Below are positions 61,717-64,000 of a stretch of DNA of 64,000 nt, piece after piece (the stretch's first letter is position 1; each line of letters begins with the position of its first letter). The notes beneath the pieces were generated by a model that worked only from the letters and a program-made list of their open reading frames with translations, searched no databases and was not told the DNA's origin. The translations under genes and the position numbers were made by a program. Origin of the DNA: the human T2T-CHM13v2.0 reference genome, Homo sapiens. Location of the stretch: the NCBI RefSeq assembly GCF_009914755.1, contig NC_060948.1; one strand, written 5' to 3'.

Positions 61717-63822
61717 AGATCCATAATTTTTAAATGAAAAAAAATTTCAAAGGTACTCTGCTTGGTACAATAATCAAATGTATAAACTGAGGAATAAAAC
61801 ATAACCATGAAACCTACTTATAACTGCATATGGAAAATACAGAGGATAATATTTTAAATAACATATATTGAAAGCCTTAACTAGTAATTTGAAGAGTTGG
61901 CATTTGAAAGGCCAGTATGAATATACCTTCCAAGCAGCAACACAGGTTCCCCATGAGAAAAAGCAAACTCAGGGAAAATAAAACCACAAAGGTTCAATCT
62001 CTTCTGACCTTTGAAAGACACAGCACAGACAGTGGTCCTTAGGACGAAGAGCAGGAGACCCCTAATTCCGTCACCATGGCGATAGGGCATAAACATTGCT
62101 GGGTGAGGGCACAATCCACATTGTGAGGTCCAACTGCTGCCAGGAAGACAGGAGTGCTTTTACATAGACCGAAAGGTCATTGAAGGCTCAGAGTTTTGTT
62201 TCAAGAACTGAATCCCAAGCCCACACGTTATTAGGCTGCGCTTCTTAAAACAAGTTATGAGATGGGAAAAAGGGCACCCACAAACATACGTATACATTAT
62301 GTATATAATAATATACAGTATCATATATATAATATATATAACCTATGTATAATATTGTTTTACATCCTGCATCTTATGTTATATATATTGTATAAAATAT
62401 AATAATTGATAATATATATAATTTTATATTTATACAATATGACATATAGTATATATTATAATTTATGACATATATAATATATGTTATATATCATATATAG
62501 AATATATTATACGGTTAATATACGTATTAAATATAAATTATACATTATATATATTATATATAATATATCTGTTATATATAATACGCATTATGCATAATAT
62601 ATATATTATGTCTATGTTATATATAGTATAAAACAACATATAATAATATATAATTGTATATATAAAATGCGACATATAATATATATTATATTTTATAACA
62701 TGCGTAATATATATTATATATTATATATAATACGTTGTATGTATAATACCTATATTAAATATATATTATATGACTATGTTATTAATTACATGTCACATGT
62801 GTTATATATTATATATTTTACATAGAATATACCGGTTACATACAATATATACTATGTTACCTATAATGTATAATTTATTACATTTAAAATAAAGAATGCA
62901 ATATATTATGTATAATTTATAATATACAATATGTGGAATGTGATATATATAACATATGATATATGATATATGATATACAGTATATGATATATAACATACA
63001 ATATATGATTCCTAATATATATGGTATACAATATATATTTTATGATATATATTCTATATGTTTTATATTCTGTTATATGTAACTATTTGAAATTATATAT
63101 AACTGTATAATATTTTATGTAAATATGTAATATAATATATATAACTATATAATATATTATATATAACTATATATTATGTTATATATACTTTTATAACATA
63201 ATTTACATAAAATATCATAATATAATATATATTATATTATTTCATATTACATAATATATATTACATATCACCCAATATAAGTAAGATACATAATATTATA
63301 ATATAGATTATATTATGTTATATTAAATATCATATATATCATGTATCATATATTCTATAATATACATTATACATTATATAATATGTATGTTGTCTATTAT
63401 GTGATATATATAACTATATATATAATTATATTATTATACATATAACTAGATAAACATGTAATTCTACACATTTACATTTATAATATATAGAATTATATAA
63501 TCATATATAATTATTTATATTCTATAAAAAATTATATCATTATATAAATTATAATATATAAAAATTATAATATGTACTACAAATATATATATTATATATC
63601 ATATATGATATAGTACCTTTGTTATATATTATAATACATATAAATGTGTATTATATTATCTATAATTATATAATTTCATATATAAGGTGTATAATATGTA
63701 TCATATATTATATATGTTATGTAATATATATAGTATATATAAGATGACACAGGATAAATATTATATACTATGACATATAAAATATATGAGGTTATATGTT
63801 TCATATAAGGCATAGCACATAA

Positions 63823-64000
<178 letters not shown>

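Overview
The whole window is one uninterrupted head-to-tail satellite array of about 26.4 copies of a ~2,420-bp unit (spacings read: 2,412-2,421 bp). Each unit has (i) a ~1.55-kb extremely AT-rich degenerate (TA)n-like domain, (ii) a diverged, 5'-clipped Alu on the minus strand (~290 bp) with an internal 14-bp duplication, and (iii) a ~570-bp moderate-GC HSATI-type segment. This architecture, the unit length and a predicted 2,146-bp HaeIII fragment match the known human DYZ2/HSat1B satellite, most likely from Yq12 heterochromatin. I find no credible protein-coding gene, RNA gene or CRISPR array; all listed ORFs are repeat by-products. I also see no evidence of a new gene-based system. What is not obvious is the array's higher-order structure. 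A ~26-kb block is duplicated at near identity (offset 26,592 bp = 11 units). The offset switches to 31,426 bp (13 units) across an in-register two-unit indel whose junction maps to a 74-bp interval. Nested one- and two-unit duplications, mosaic units and a more divergent lineage after ~60.2 kb are also visible. All comparisons were made by eye, so SNV lists are minimum counts.
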